Part shown: positions 36,344-45,575 of the stretch, one piece after another | Layout of the letters: every line of letters begins with the position of its first letter | Numbering within the stretch: position 1 is the first letter of the stretch | Source of the DNA: a virus | Lineage: Duplodnaviria; Caudoviricetes | Length of the DNA stretch: 59,531 nucleotides | Direction: 5' to 3' (one strand) | IMG/VR virus record: IMGVR_UViG_3300021959_000043 | Location: 1-59,531 of that record | Notes under the pieces: generated by a model | What the model saw: the letters and a program-made list of their open reading frames with translations, nothing else | Databases searched by the model: none | What the model was told of the DNA's origin: nothing | Position numbers and translations under genes: made by a program

Positions 36344-39300
36344 ATGGCAGAAGCTAAAAATAGTTTCATTAAGTCTAGAATGAACAAAGACTTAGATGAA
36401 AGATTAATTCCAAATAACGAATACAGAGATGCTTTAAATATAGCTATATCTAGATCAGAAGGTAGTGACGTTGGCGCTGTTGAATCTATATTGGGTAACT
36501 CTTCTACAGCTGTAAAACCTGATAGTGGTAATCATATAATAGGTCTTTATTCTGATGAAGCAAATAATAAATTATATTATTTTAGAACAAACCACACTAA
36601 TACAAAAGAAAACGCACCTTTATCTGCTATTTGCACTATAGGTTATTTAAATACATTAAACAACACAAACGTAGTTTTAGTTCAAGGTTCTTTTTTAAAC
36701 TTTTGTAGCGAAGACTTTGTAAACGGTATAAGTTTAATTGAAAATCAATTGTTTTTTACAGACAATAGAAACCAACCAAGAAAAATAAACGTAGAGCAAA
36801 AGCTAGGTTATTACACAAATGAAGACCAAATATCTGTTGCTAAATTTGCACCATACACGCCACCTTCTTTTATTAACTTAAGAGCAGGTGCTTCTTATTA
36901 TGCTAATTTTACAAACACAACAAAACCTTCTACAATGTCGGATGCTCAAGATCCACCAATTGTACAGATAGGTATATACAAATTATCACAAAATAACTTA
37001 AGTGTTAAAAAATATAGAAACGGCGATGTGATACCAGAGTCAACCACGTTGTCTGATTGGAATCAAAAAAATACAAATGAAATAGGTTCTTGGTGTTATT
37101 ACGCTAATTACAATGGTAACGGTATAACATATGGACTTCTTTATAATAAGTGGGCTATTATGGATGCTAGAGGTTTAGCCCCAGTAGGTCACACTATACC
37201 TTCATTAGCAGATTGGAATGGCATTATTTCAGCAGGAACAACAAATGCTAATTTATATAAAAGCACCGATTTATGGAGTTCAGGACCTGGAAGTAACCAA
37301 ATAGGTTCAGATGTTTTACCTGCTGGTTTTAGAGACGGTACAACTACTAGTTCAGATGGGTTTATTAACTTAACAGCAGAATCTAGATTTTGGACAAGTG
37401 ACGCTATTTCAAATAGTAGCGCCCCTTATGTTAAGTTTGATACCACAGCAAATATTAATGTATCTGGTACTTCACCTACTGTTGATGGTTATTCTGTTAG
37501 AGTTTTAAGAGATGGAAACTATACAGGCTGGAACGGTGATCCAGATTATTTATCAGATAAATTTGTAAAATTTTCTTATAGGTTTAAATTTGATGACAAT
37601 GAGTATTCTACTGTAGCTCCTTTTAGTCAAGATGTTTTTATACCTTATCAAGAAGGTGAGTTTGTTAATGACGATGAAAATCAAGCTTTCATATCTAGCG
37701 TTGTTGAATTTATGCAGAACTCTATTAATAATGCTGTATTAAATATAGAATTACCTTGTATTGATATAATAAACAAATACAAAGTAAAAGCTATTGATAT
37801 AATTATTAAGCAGTCAGACATGCAGGCTTATCAAGTTATAGAAACAGTAAAAGTAGATTCTAACTTTATATCAAATCTTAACAATACTAATATTTATCAA
37901 TATTCTTATGAATCAACAATTCCGATTCAAACCCTACCTGATAGTCAATCAACTAGAGTTTTTGACAAAGTACCTGTAAAAGCTTTAGCTCAAGAATCTA
38001 CTGGCAACAGAATAATGTATTCAAACTATTTAGAAAGCCATAGCGCACCTAATGGTTTAGACTATTATGTAGGTATTGGTAATAAAAGTTTACAACAGTT
38101 TGTTGAATACCCTCAGCATTCATTGAAACAAAATAGAAATTATCAAGTTGGTATAATACTTGTTGATAAATATGGAAGACAGACAGATGTTATACTTTCT
38201 AATTATGATGGTGTTTTAGATGAAAATGGAAACCCACAACCAGGTTCTAATTACTATAGTGATTATAAACCAATTAGTTGGAGTAGTTTACAATTACCAA
38301 CATGGCCTGGGGATACGTTAGAATTAAAATATTTGCAACCTATACCAGAAGGTGATATAGGTATTAATGGTTATCCTGGCGCTTATGCTGTTGGTAATTA
38401 CTATGAGGTTGACACAGAAACAGCTAGTTCACCAAGTGCTTTATATGCTTATTTTCACAGTATAGGAACACAATGTATTATACCCACAGCTCTACAAACT
38501 GTTTTTAACACAGCTATAGTTTATGCTGATGCAACAGCTTCTTCAAATACTTTTAATGTATATGTAGATTCAGGTAATGGATGGATATTACAAAACCCTT
38601 CAACAACTCCACCAACTTATACTGTTTTAGATAATTCTGGAAGTGTTAGAGTAACCTTTAATTCAGGTCTTGCGGTAAATCAAGTTGTTAAGTTTGAAGT
38701 TCTTTACACTAATGACAAATACTACAAATACGCGACAGGAGCCGCATCTAGTACAACTAGACCTCTTTTTCCTAATTTTCCAGCTCAATATTCAAAATAT
38801 TATTCTGTTGGTAAGAAGTTAAAAGGATTATATATAGATTATACAGAAATAGCTAGTGTAACACCTATATCTGATTCTAATGGTGTTAGAGCTGTAACTT
38901 TTTTTACAAAACAAGAAGTTGATACTAATTATCTTTTTGACGAAACACCTGCGGCTAGACCTGAGCCTTCTAAATTTGATCAAAAAAACACTTATGCTAC
39001 ATACAATATAAATGTTTTAGGTTTTTATATTTATAAGTCAGCGGTAAAACAACAACAACAAGATTACTATAATGTGTATCTTCCTGGTATTGTAAATGGA
39101 TACCCAATTAGTGGCGAAACTTTAGAACAAGGTGAAATAGCGTTTACTACATTAATAAGTGACAACATAAATAAAGTTCCTAGAAACCTACAAGACGTAG
39201 GCCCTAATCAAGAGCAGTTTACTAGTGACGTGACAATGTGGCCTAGGGTAACTAATATGACAGAGGTTGAATCAAGTACAATTACATATTCTACTTTCAA

Positions 39301-41371
39301 CAAGCAGGTAGATCCTGAAGCTTCTGCAGATCAAGTAGATTTAGTGGGAGGATTAAAAGATATATTTCCAGGTTTAGTAAGTGATGTCCTACCACCTGTT
39401 ATTGCAACTGGAAAAGTTAATCCTTTTTCTATATATAATTTTAGTACTAAACCTTTTGTTGCTAAAATAGCAACACAAAAATCCGTTGGATTAGGTGAGT
39501 CGGCTTACACAGCTCCATCAACTAACAATGGTAACTATCCATATTCACCAGATATGGGGTTAGCTGTATATGAAACATCGCCATATGTTTCTCCATTAGA
39601 GTTATTTTATGAATCATCTACTGCTGATTTAATTTCATCTTTAAATTTAGATATAGAAAACGAAAATACAAACATAACAGGTATAAGTGCTTTTACATAT
39701 GTGTTTGAAGAAAGTTTTGCTTTGGGTACACAAGTAACTTCAGACTTTTTTCCAGTAGCTAGCGGTACGAATTTAGTAGACACAACGTTATCGCCTTCAA
39801 TACCATTTACATGTTTTAGTTATTTTCCGCAAAACTCTGGCGCTAGTGCCGGCTCATTAGATACTAACACCCCACAAGATGGAAGATTTGTATTAGAAAC
39901 CGGAGCTCAATCAGGTAGTTATAGAATTAGAACAAATGATAGATTTTATGCTGGTTCTTCTACAGAAAACGAAGACGTAACAAATAGAGGTAGATTTTTA
40001 TTCACTATTAATTTTGTTCAATCAGACGGAACGGAAGTTTCACAACAATTAACACTTCAACTAGCTAATTCAGCACCTGTTTGTGCACCTACAATTGTTT
40101 CTCCAACTATTACACAATCAACTCAAACATTGGTTGACTACACGTCGTCTAATGGCGGAAGAAATGGTTCTGCTAGAAACGTAAATTTAAATGATTCAAC
40201 CCCAGTAGGAACAACTTTTGGATCTGCTAATCTTACATCAGGTTGGACAATTGATAGAATAACTAAAACGGCAGCAACTACAGGTAACGTACAAGTTATA
40301 ACTACAACTAGCACGCCTGATATTAATGATGTTGTTAAAACTTACCAAGGCACAGACGATTTTCCAACAGCTCAACAAGGTCAATTTGGAGCTATTGGTG
40401 GAAGTGATGATCAAGCTAACTTTATTTTACAATCAAAAACTGATATAAACGGCAACATGCCAGGTTTCATGAATGAAGCTGGTTTTTCATATGAAATTTA
40501 TATGAACTTAACCGATACGCTAGGAGCTCAAAGTACACAGATAGGTGGTGCTAATAGTGCTAAAATAGAATATTCTGTTGGTGCAGCTACTTTTATAGGT
40601 AAAGTTATAATATTACCTTATAATAATAATGATGCTACAAGCTCTCTTACAGGAGACGGTATTACTGTTAACAATGGTGGTTCTAGCGCAGCTAGAGTCA
40701 ATCGTTATCAAATACAAAACTGGACGGATCAAGATGTTTATATATATATTGAAGCCTCTGTAGCTACTAGTACCACAGCACAAAGCACATCTGTAACAAC
40801 TCAAAGCCCATCATCAACGGGTAAGTATGGAAATAATACTATAAGCATCACCGCAAACGCATCTAATGGTTATCCATATTTTTCACAGGCCTCAACGTAT
40901 GTTATAAACGCAAACACTCAAGCATCTAGTCAAACAACTTTCACGAATGGCTTAGGTAGTAGCGCTGGTCCAATTAGTAGGCTTCAGTGTATTAAACTTC
41001 AACGCTTTAACCGACAAGGTATAACAACACCTAATTTAAATATAAACCAAAGAGACGTTGGTTTTCAAGATATCATACAAGGTGGTGTTAGGCCTGGACA
41101 AAAAAGTACAGTACAAAACAACCTATATAAATATGATTTTTCAGCTTGCGCTGTTGTTAACTTTCCAATTTCTATGATTCCTGGAAACAACGCTAATACA
41201 ACCGGTTCTTTTTCACTTAGTTGGTCTCATTCGCCAGGTCAAACAACTCCTTCAAGCTCTGTTAACCAACTAACATATGTTAACAATGTTTCGCCACCAT
41301 TTTATACGAATACAACTGGAGTGGCTCCTGGGTACCCAACCGTTTTACCTGTACCTGCTGGCCCTAACTAA
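36344..41371 (+). CDS. tail nozzle / stabilization protein, N-terminal part, with inserted Fib_succ_major (FISUMP) domain
   Basis: MNKDLDERL...YRDALN, LFFTDNRNQPRKIN, FSYRFKFDDNEYS, GNRIMYSNY, SLKQNRNYQVGI; FISUMP at about 36962-37513. Confidence 0.75.
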   Translation: MAEAKNSFIKSRMNKDLDERLIPNNEYRDALNIAISRSEGSDVGAVESILGNSSTAVKPDSGNHIIGLYSDEANNKLYYFRTNHTNTKENAPLSAICTIGYLNTLNNTNVVLVQGSFLNFCSEDFVNGISLIENQLFFTDNRNQPRKINVEQKLGYYTNEDQISVAKFAPYTPPSFINLRAGASYYANFTNTTKPSTMSDAQDPPIVQIGIYKLSQNNLSVKKYRNGDVIPESTTLSDWNQKNTNEIGSWCYYANYNGNGITYGLLYNKWAIMDARGLAPVGHTIPSLADWNGIISAGTTNANLYKSTDLWSSGPGSNQIGSDVLPAGFRDGTTTSSDGFINLTAESRFWTSDAISNSSAPYVKFDTTANINVSGTSPTVDGYSVRVLRDGNYTGWNGDPDYLSDKFVKFSYRFKFDDNEYSTVAPFSQDVFIPYQEGEFVNDDENQAFISSVVEFMQNSINNAVLNIELPCIDIINKYKVKAIDIIIKQSDMQAYQVIETVKVDSNFISNLNNTNIYQYSYESTIPIQTLPDSQSTRVFDKVPVKALAQESTGNRIMYSNYLESHSAPNGLDYYVGIGNKSLQQFVEYPQHSLKQNRNYQVGIILVDKYGRQTDVILSNYDGVLDENGNPQPGSNYYSDYKPISWSSLQLPTWPGDTLELKYLQPIPEGDIGINGYPGAYAVGNYYEVDTETASSPSALYAYFHSIGTQCIIPTALQTVFNTAIVYADATASSNTFNVYVDSGNGWILQNPSTTPPTYTVLDNSGSVRVTFNSGLAVNQVVKFEVLYTNDKYYKYATGAASSTTRPLFPNFPAQYSKYYSVGKKLKGLYIDYTEIASVTPISDSNGVRAVTFFTKQEVDTNYLFDETPAARPEPSKFDQKNTYATYNINVLGFYIYKSAVKQQQQDYYNVYLPGIVNGYPISGETLEQGEIAFTTLISDNINKVPRNLQDVGPNQEQFTSDVTMWPRVTNMTEVESSTITYSTFNKQVDPEASADQVDLVGGLKDIFPGLVSDVLPPVIATGKVNPFSIYNFSTKPFVAKIATQKSVGLGESAYTAPSTNNGNYPYSPDMGLAVYETSPYVSPLELFYESSTADLISSLNLDIENENTNITGISAFTYVFEESFALGTQVTSDFFPVASGTNLVDTTLSPSIPFTCFSYFPQNSGASAGSLDTNTPQDGRFVLETGAQSGSYRIRTNDRFYAGSSTENEDVTNRGRFLFTINFVQSDGTEVSQQLTLQLANSAPVCAPTIVSPTITQSTQTLVDYTSSNGGRNGSARNVNLNDSTPVGTTFGSANLTSGWTIDRITKTAATTGNVQVITTTSTPDINDVVKTYQGTDDFPTAQQGQFGAIGGSDDQANFILQSKTDINGNMPGFMNEAGFSYEIYMNLTDTLGAQSTQIGGANSAKIEYSVGAATFIGKVIILPYNNNDATSSLTGDGITVNNGGSSAARVNRYQIQNWTDQDVYIYIEASVATSTTAQSTSVTTQSPSSTGKYGNNTISITANASNGYPYFSQASTYVINANTQASSQTTFTNGLGSSAGPISRLQCIKLQRFNRQGITTPNLNINQRDVGFQDIIQGGVRPGQKSTVQNNLYKYDFSACAVVNFPISMIPGNNANTTGSFSLSWSHSPGQTTPSSSVNQLTYVNNVSPPFYTNTTGVAPGYPTVLPVPAGPN

Positions 41372-41387
41372 AAAATAAATAAAACAA

Positions 41388-41402
41388 GTGATTATATAAT
41401 AA
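41388..41402 (+). promoter_or_regulatory. late promoter-like motif
   Basis: GTGATTATATAATAA immediately before ATG 41404. Confidence 0.5.
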
Positions 41403-41403
41403 T

Positions 41404-42699
41404 ATGGCATCAATACCTGTTAAATACTATAATACCTTTGTGTTAAGAAAATTTGCACAAGGAGACGTTAATGCCGCTTTTAATTGGTATATTGAAGAAT
41501 CTAGAATAAAAGGTGGTTACAATAATGTACAAACGGGTCTAGCTCCTAGGGCTTTTTTAAGAGCTGAGAGCAATAGACAAGAAACATTAAGTAACTCTAT
41601 AATATACTCTGGTATATTAAACTCTAGAACAGGTATAAATCAAACAAATCAATTTCCTTCTGGTGAAGACATCACTAGAACAGTAGATCCTAGCAAAGGG
41701 TCTATACAAAAACTATATGCAGAAGATACTAATTTAATTATTTTTCAAGAAAATAAAGTAAATAGAGCTTTAATAGACAAAGACGCTGTTTACACACAAG
41801 AAGGAGTACCTATGCAAACAACATCTAATGTCGTAATAGGTGCAATACAACCTTATGCTGGTGAATTTGGTATTTCTAAAAACCCTGAGTCATTTGCTGT
41901 ATATGGTTATAGAAAGTACTTCACAGACGCTAGCCAAGGAGCTGTTTTAAGGCTGTCTAGAGATGGTATAACAGAAATATCAGCTAATGGTATGTATGAT
42001 TTCTTTAGAGATCAATTTGCTACATTAGGTACGGGTCGATCTGTTGGTGGTTGGGATATTCACAACAAATGTTATACGTTGTCAATACAACCTTCTATTG
42101 GTTCTAATTTTGAAACTTTAAGTTTTGATGAAATAGCTAAGGGTTGGGTTAGTAGATATAGTTATAAACCAGATTTATTTTCAAACGTACAGAATAATTT
42201 TTATTCTACCAAGGATGGTGGTATATACTTACACTATGTTAGCAGTGTAAATAGAGCTAATTTTTATGGTAATGGAAGTAGTTCTACTGTTACTACTGTA
42301 TTTAACGCTAATCCTTCTTTAGTTAAAAACTTTCAAACAATAAACTACGAAGGCGCTGGTAATTGGGAATTAACTAGTATTTCTACTGACTCTAATGACT
42401 CAGCCAACAGCGTACAACCATTTACTCAACCTACAAGCTTAGTTGAACTAGATAATCAGTTATTTAAAAACGAGTTTAAAAGAAAAGAAAATAAATATTT
42501 TGCCAACTTAGTTAACACATCTAGTTTTAATCAAGGTGAAGTAACGCCTCTTTTCTTAGGTGGTAACACAACTAATTGGTCAGTATCTGGAATAAAAGGT
42601 TTTACAGCTCAAGCATTACTTACAGCAACAAACAATGCTGGATCAGGTAATAATGAATTATTTGCTGTTTCAACTAATTATAAAGAATCTTCTTACTAA
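41404..42699 (+). CDS. tail nozzle / stabilization protein, C-terminal part
   Basis: GSIQKL...LIIFQENKV, YAGEFGISKNPESFA, YFTD...VLRLSRDGITEIS (beta-propeller type). Confidence 0.7.
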   Translation: MASIPVKYYNTFVLRKFAQGDVNAAFNWYIEESRIKGGYNNVQTGLAPRAFLRAESNRQETLSNSIIYSGILNSRTGINQTNQFPSGEDITRTVDPSKGSIQKLYAEDTNLIIFQENKVNRALIDKDAVYTQEGVPMQTTSNVVIGAIQPYAGEFGISKNPESFAVYGYRKYFTDASQGAVLRLSRDGITEISANGMYDFFRDQFATLGTGRSVGGWDIHNKCYTLSIQPSIGSNFETLSFDEIAKGWVSRYSYKPDLFSNVQNNFYSTKDGGIYLHYVSSVNRANFYGNGSSSTVTTVFNANPSLVKNFQTINYEGAGNWELTSISTDSNDSANSVQPFTQPTSLVELDNQLFKNEFKRKENKYFANLVNTSSFNQGEVTPLFLGGNTTNWSVSGIKGFTAQALLTATNNAGSGNNELFAVSTNYKESSY

Positions 42700-42706
42700 A
42701 AAATAA

Positions 42707-43111
42707 ATGATAGAAATTAAAAATATAGACATAAGCTTATATTTTGAAAAAATAAACGATTGGTTTAAATATTACAATAAAGTAGATTTAAATATAAAAC
42801 TATTACCTAAAGGAGAAGAATACTGCTTAGGTGCTTTTGTTAATAATAAAATTGTAGCATGTACCTTTATATATACAACAAACTCATGTGTTTGGTATTG
42901 TGATTTTTTAATAGCAGATTATAAATATAGGAATAGTAATAGAAATAAAGTTTTATTAAAACTAATAAATGAAGCCGTAGAGTCTTCATTAAAAAAAGGA
43001 GCAGAGGCTGTATGGTGTACAACACCTTATGAATCTGTTCTAGAAAAATTAAAAAAATTAAAATATAGTGTATCTAATAAAAAACACTATATAATATGTA
43101 AAAACAAATAA
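42707..43111 (+). CDS. putative GNAT-fold acetyltransferase
   Basis: IVAC...CDFLIADYKYRN...LINEAV...KGAEAVW...KKLKY; sits before the ejection proteins as in many podoviruses. Confidence 0.6.
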   Translation: MIEIKNIDISLYFEKINDWFKYYNKVDLNIKLLPKGEEYCLGAFVNNKIVACTFIYTTNSCVWYCDFLIADYKYRNSNRNKVLLKLINEAVESSLKKGAEAVWCTTPYESVLEKLKKLKYSVSNKKHYIICKNK

Positions 43112-43113
43112 GT

Positions 43114-43824
43114 ATGGGAGCAGTTAGTGGAATAACCAGCATAGTTAGCGGTGTTGGTGGTATGGTCCAGGCTAATCAAGCACAAAAGCAAGCTAAAGGA
43201 GCTATGAATAATGCTAGAAACGAAAAGAAAAGATTACAAGCAGAGCTAGAGTCTTTAGAAAATAGTAGACAACCTATCATAAATCCATATGCTAATGTTA
43301 AAGACACTACAGGTAACTTAAGTAATACCTACGCTAACCTAGGTGTTGCTACTCAAGCTGCTGAATTTCAAGCCGAGCAAGCTGAAATATCTTTATCAAA
43401 CACTTTAGATACGTTAAGAGCTACAGGCGCTTCTGCAGGTGGCGCAACAGCTTTAGCTCAAGCAGCTTTAGCTAGTAAAAAACAAATATCAGCTAGTTTA
43501 GAAATGCAAGAAGGTGCTAATCAAAAGCTTTTTGCTAAAGGAGAAGAACAATTGCAGAGGTTAAAAATGGCAGAGGATCAAAGGCTTCAAAATGCCGACG
43601 TAATGGGTAAACAATTTATGTTTGGTCAACAGGACAAAAGAGAAATGCAAAGACTAAACAGAAAAGCTGGTCAGTTAGATAACGCCACAGCTGATCTAAG
43701 ACAAGCAGAAGCGACATATGCTTCAGCAGAAGCAAATAAACAAGGAGCTTTATTTAGCGGTATTACTGATGTATTGTCAGGAGGTGGAGATTTATATGTT
43801 AATAGAGATAACCTTTTCGGCTAA
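43114..43824 (+). CDS. internal virion / ejection (pilot-type) protein
   Basis: G/A-rich N-terminus, A/Q-rich helices, GASAGGATALAQAA. Confidence 0.65.
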   Translation: MGAVSGITSIVSGVGGMVQANQAQKQAKGAMNNARNEKKRLQAELESLENSRQPIINPYANVKDTTGNLSNTYANLGVATQAAEFQAEQAEISLSNTLDTLRATGASAGGATALAQAALASKKQISASLEMQEGANQKLFAKGEEQLQRLKMAEDQRLQNADVMGKQFMFGQQDKREMQRLNRKAGQLDNATADLRQAEATYASAEANKQGALFSGITDVLSGGGDLYVNRDNLFG

Positions 43825-43844
43825 AAAATATAAAAATATAAAAA

Positions 43845-45575
43845 ATGAGTTACGAAAATCCACAAAGACTATATACGGGAGACACACCAGCTGGAGCTTA
43901 TTTGAAGCAAATTCAAATGCAACAAAACCAAAGAGACGCTGAAGAAAAGCAAAGAAAAGCTGACACCTTAAGAAAGCAAGCTGAGGAAAAGCAGCTTATT
44001 CAAAGAATGCAAAGAGTTCAAGGTGATGCTGATGTTTGGAACTTAGAGCAGATGAGTAATTTGGCTACCGCTCCAAAGACTAGCGCTATACAAGATGAAT
44101 TAATGAAAACATTGAATAGTAGAATAGATATAGCAACTCAAGCACAAATATATTTAAAAACACAATTTGGTGATAGTGAAAAAAGAAACTTAGCTAAAAA
44201 AGCAATACAAGATTATTACGATTTACTTAATTTAACATCAAAGACAACTAAAAACTTTGTTGCAACTGGAGATTACTGGAAAGAAAATGCACCTCAAATA
44301 GGTAAAAAAATAACTATATTAGGTGATACTCCTGATGAAATAGCAAATAATCAGTTTTTAGTAAATGCTCTTGGTGGTATATACAGTAATGCAAACTTTG
44401 AAATGGTTTATGACGAAGAAAAAAACGACATAATGGTAAAAGTTTCAGGTAATGAACCACAAAGATTACAAGACGGTAAACTAATAGAAGGAGATTATAG
44501 AGAAAAATATATAAGTGCTAGAGCGTGGGATGCCAACGTTGTCCAAGGGGATAACTTTTCTTTTATATCTACAGTTCCACAGTTGGTAAACGAATCTATA
44601 GAAATGATGAAACCAGCTGATAAAACCAAAAACGGCAATGGCTTAGGTATAGTAGGTGCAAATGGTCAGTTTGCTAACAAGTACTGGTCTGAACCTGTTA
44701 TATTTAGAGATAGAATACAAATAGAAGGTAGTAAAAGAAGTAGAAGAACTGAAGAAATAAGATCTTATTTAAACATGGATTTAGTTAAACAAGACATGGA
44801 ATCTATATTAGCTTCAAAAATAAAAGGCGTTACTTCAAACGTTCAACAAGCAGCTAATGGATGGAACGTTGACCTTAAAAAACTTGACGAAGGAATAGAA
44901 AATGATTATCAAACTCTTCAGCCTTCAGAGCAAGAATATAAAGATGCTTTGTTTCAACAAATAATGGAAGCAAGAACAAACGGTTTAGTTCAAGATAGTC
45001 AAGGTAGGTGGTATAAAGCTCAAAACAAAAGTATAACTCAACCAACTGGCAAAGGTAGTGGAAAAACAATAACACCACCAGGGTATAGATCAGAATATTA
45101 TGACAATATAATAATGGCTGATGGAGACAACAATGAAGACACTATTATAGAAAACTTAACTAAAATAACTGGTCCTAATAGTAGATACATGAGTAGAGAT
45201 AAAGCTTATTCTTACTGGCTTAGTGCTCCTAAAAACAGCAAGTTTCCAAACGGCTCAACTAATGAAGAATACTACGAAGATAAAGACGAAGACCCGAGAG
45301 CTGCTTTTAATAAAAAGCTACCTAAAGATGGTCTTTACAAGTACGTCAATGGTCAGTTAAGATACGCTGGTGATTATGACCTTAATAGCGCTGAAGAAAG
45401 ACTTAATTTTGCTTTAGATAACTCAACTGCGTCTGAAAGAAAAGTAATAGATAAATCTGGATTAAGATTAAAAGCTATAAAAATAGATTGGATGAGTAAT
45501 AATCCTATGAGAGGCATGGAGACGCCAGAAGGATATGCTTTAAGAATGAATGAAGCTTTAAAAATAAAAAAATAA
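43845..45575 (+). CDS. internal virion / ejection protein (576 aa)
   Basis: Position between the pilot and the giant protein; Q-rich N-terminus. Confidence 0.6.
   Translation: MSYENPQRLYTGDTPAGAYLKQIQMQQNQRDAEEKQRKADTLRKQAEEKQLIQRMQRVQGDADVWNLEQMSNLATAPKTSAIQDELMKTLNSRIDIATQAQIYLKTQFGDSEKRNLAKKAIQDYYDLLNLTSKTTKNFVATGDYWKENAPQIGKKITILGDTPDEIANNQFLVNALGGIYSNANFEMVYDEEKNDIMVKVSGNEPQRLQDGKLIEGDYREKYISARAWDANVVQGDNFSFISTVPQLVNESIEMMKPADKTKNGNGLGIVGANGQFANKYWSEPVIFRDRIQIEGSKRSRRTEEIRSYLNMDLVKQDMESILASKIKGVTSNVQQAANGWNVDLKKLDEGIENDYQTLQPSEQEYKDALFQQIMEARTNGLVQDSQGRWYKAQNKSITQPTGKGSGKTITPPGYRSEYYDNIIMADGDNNEDTIIENLTKITGPNSRYMSRDKAYSYWLSAPKNSKFPNGSTNEEYYEDKDEDPRAAFNKKLPKDGLYKYVNGQLRYAGDYDLNSAEERLNFALDNSTASERKVIDKSGLRLKAIKIDWMSNNPMRGMETPEGYALRMNEALKIKK

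Noticed and set aside
36962-37513. Diversity-generating retroelement targeting the FISUMP domain
   Set aside because: No reverse transcriptase ORF and no template repeat noticed in this window; they could lie outside it.
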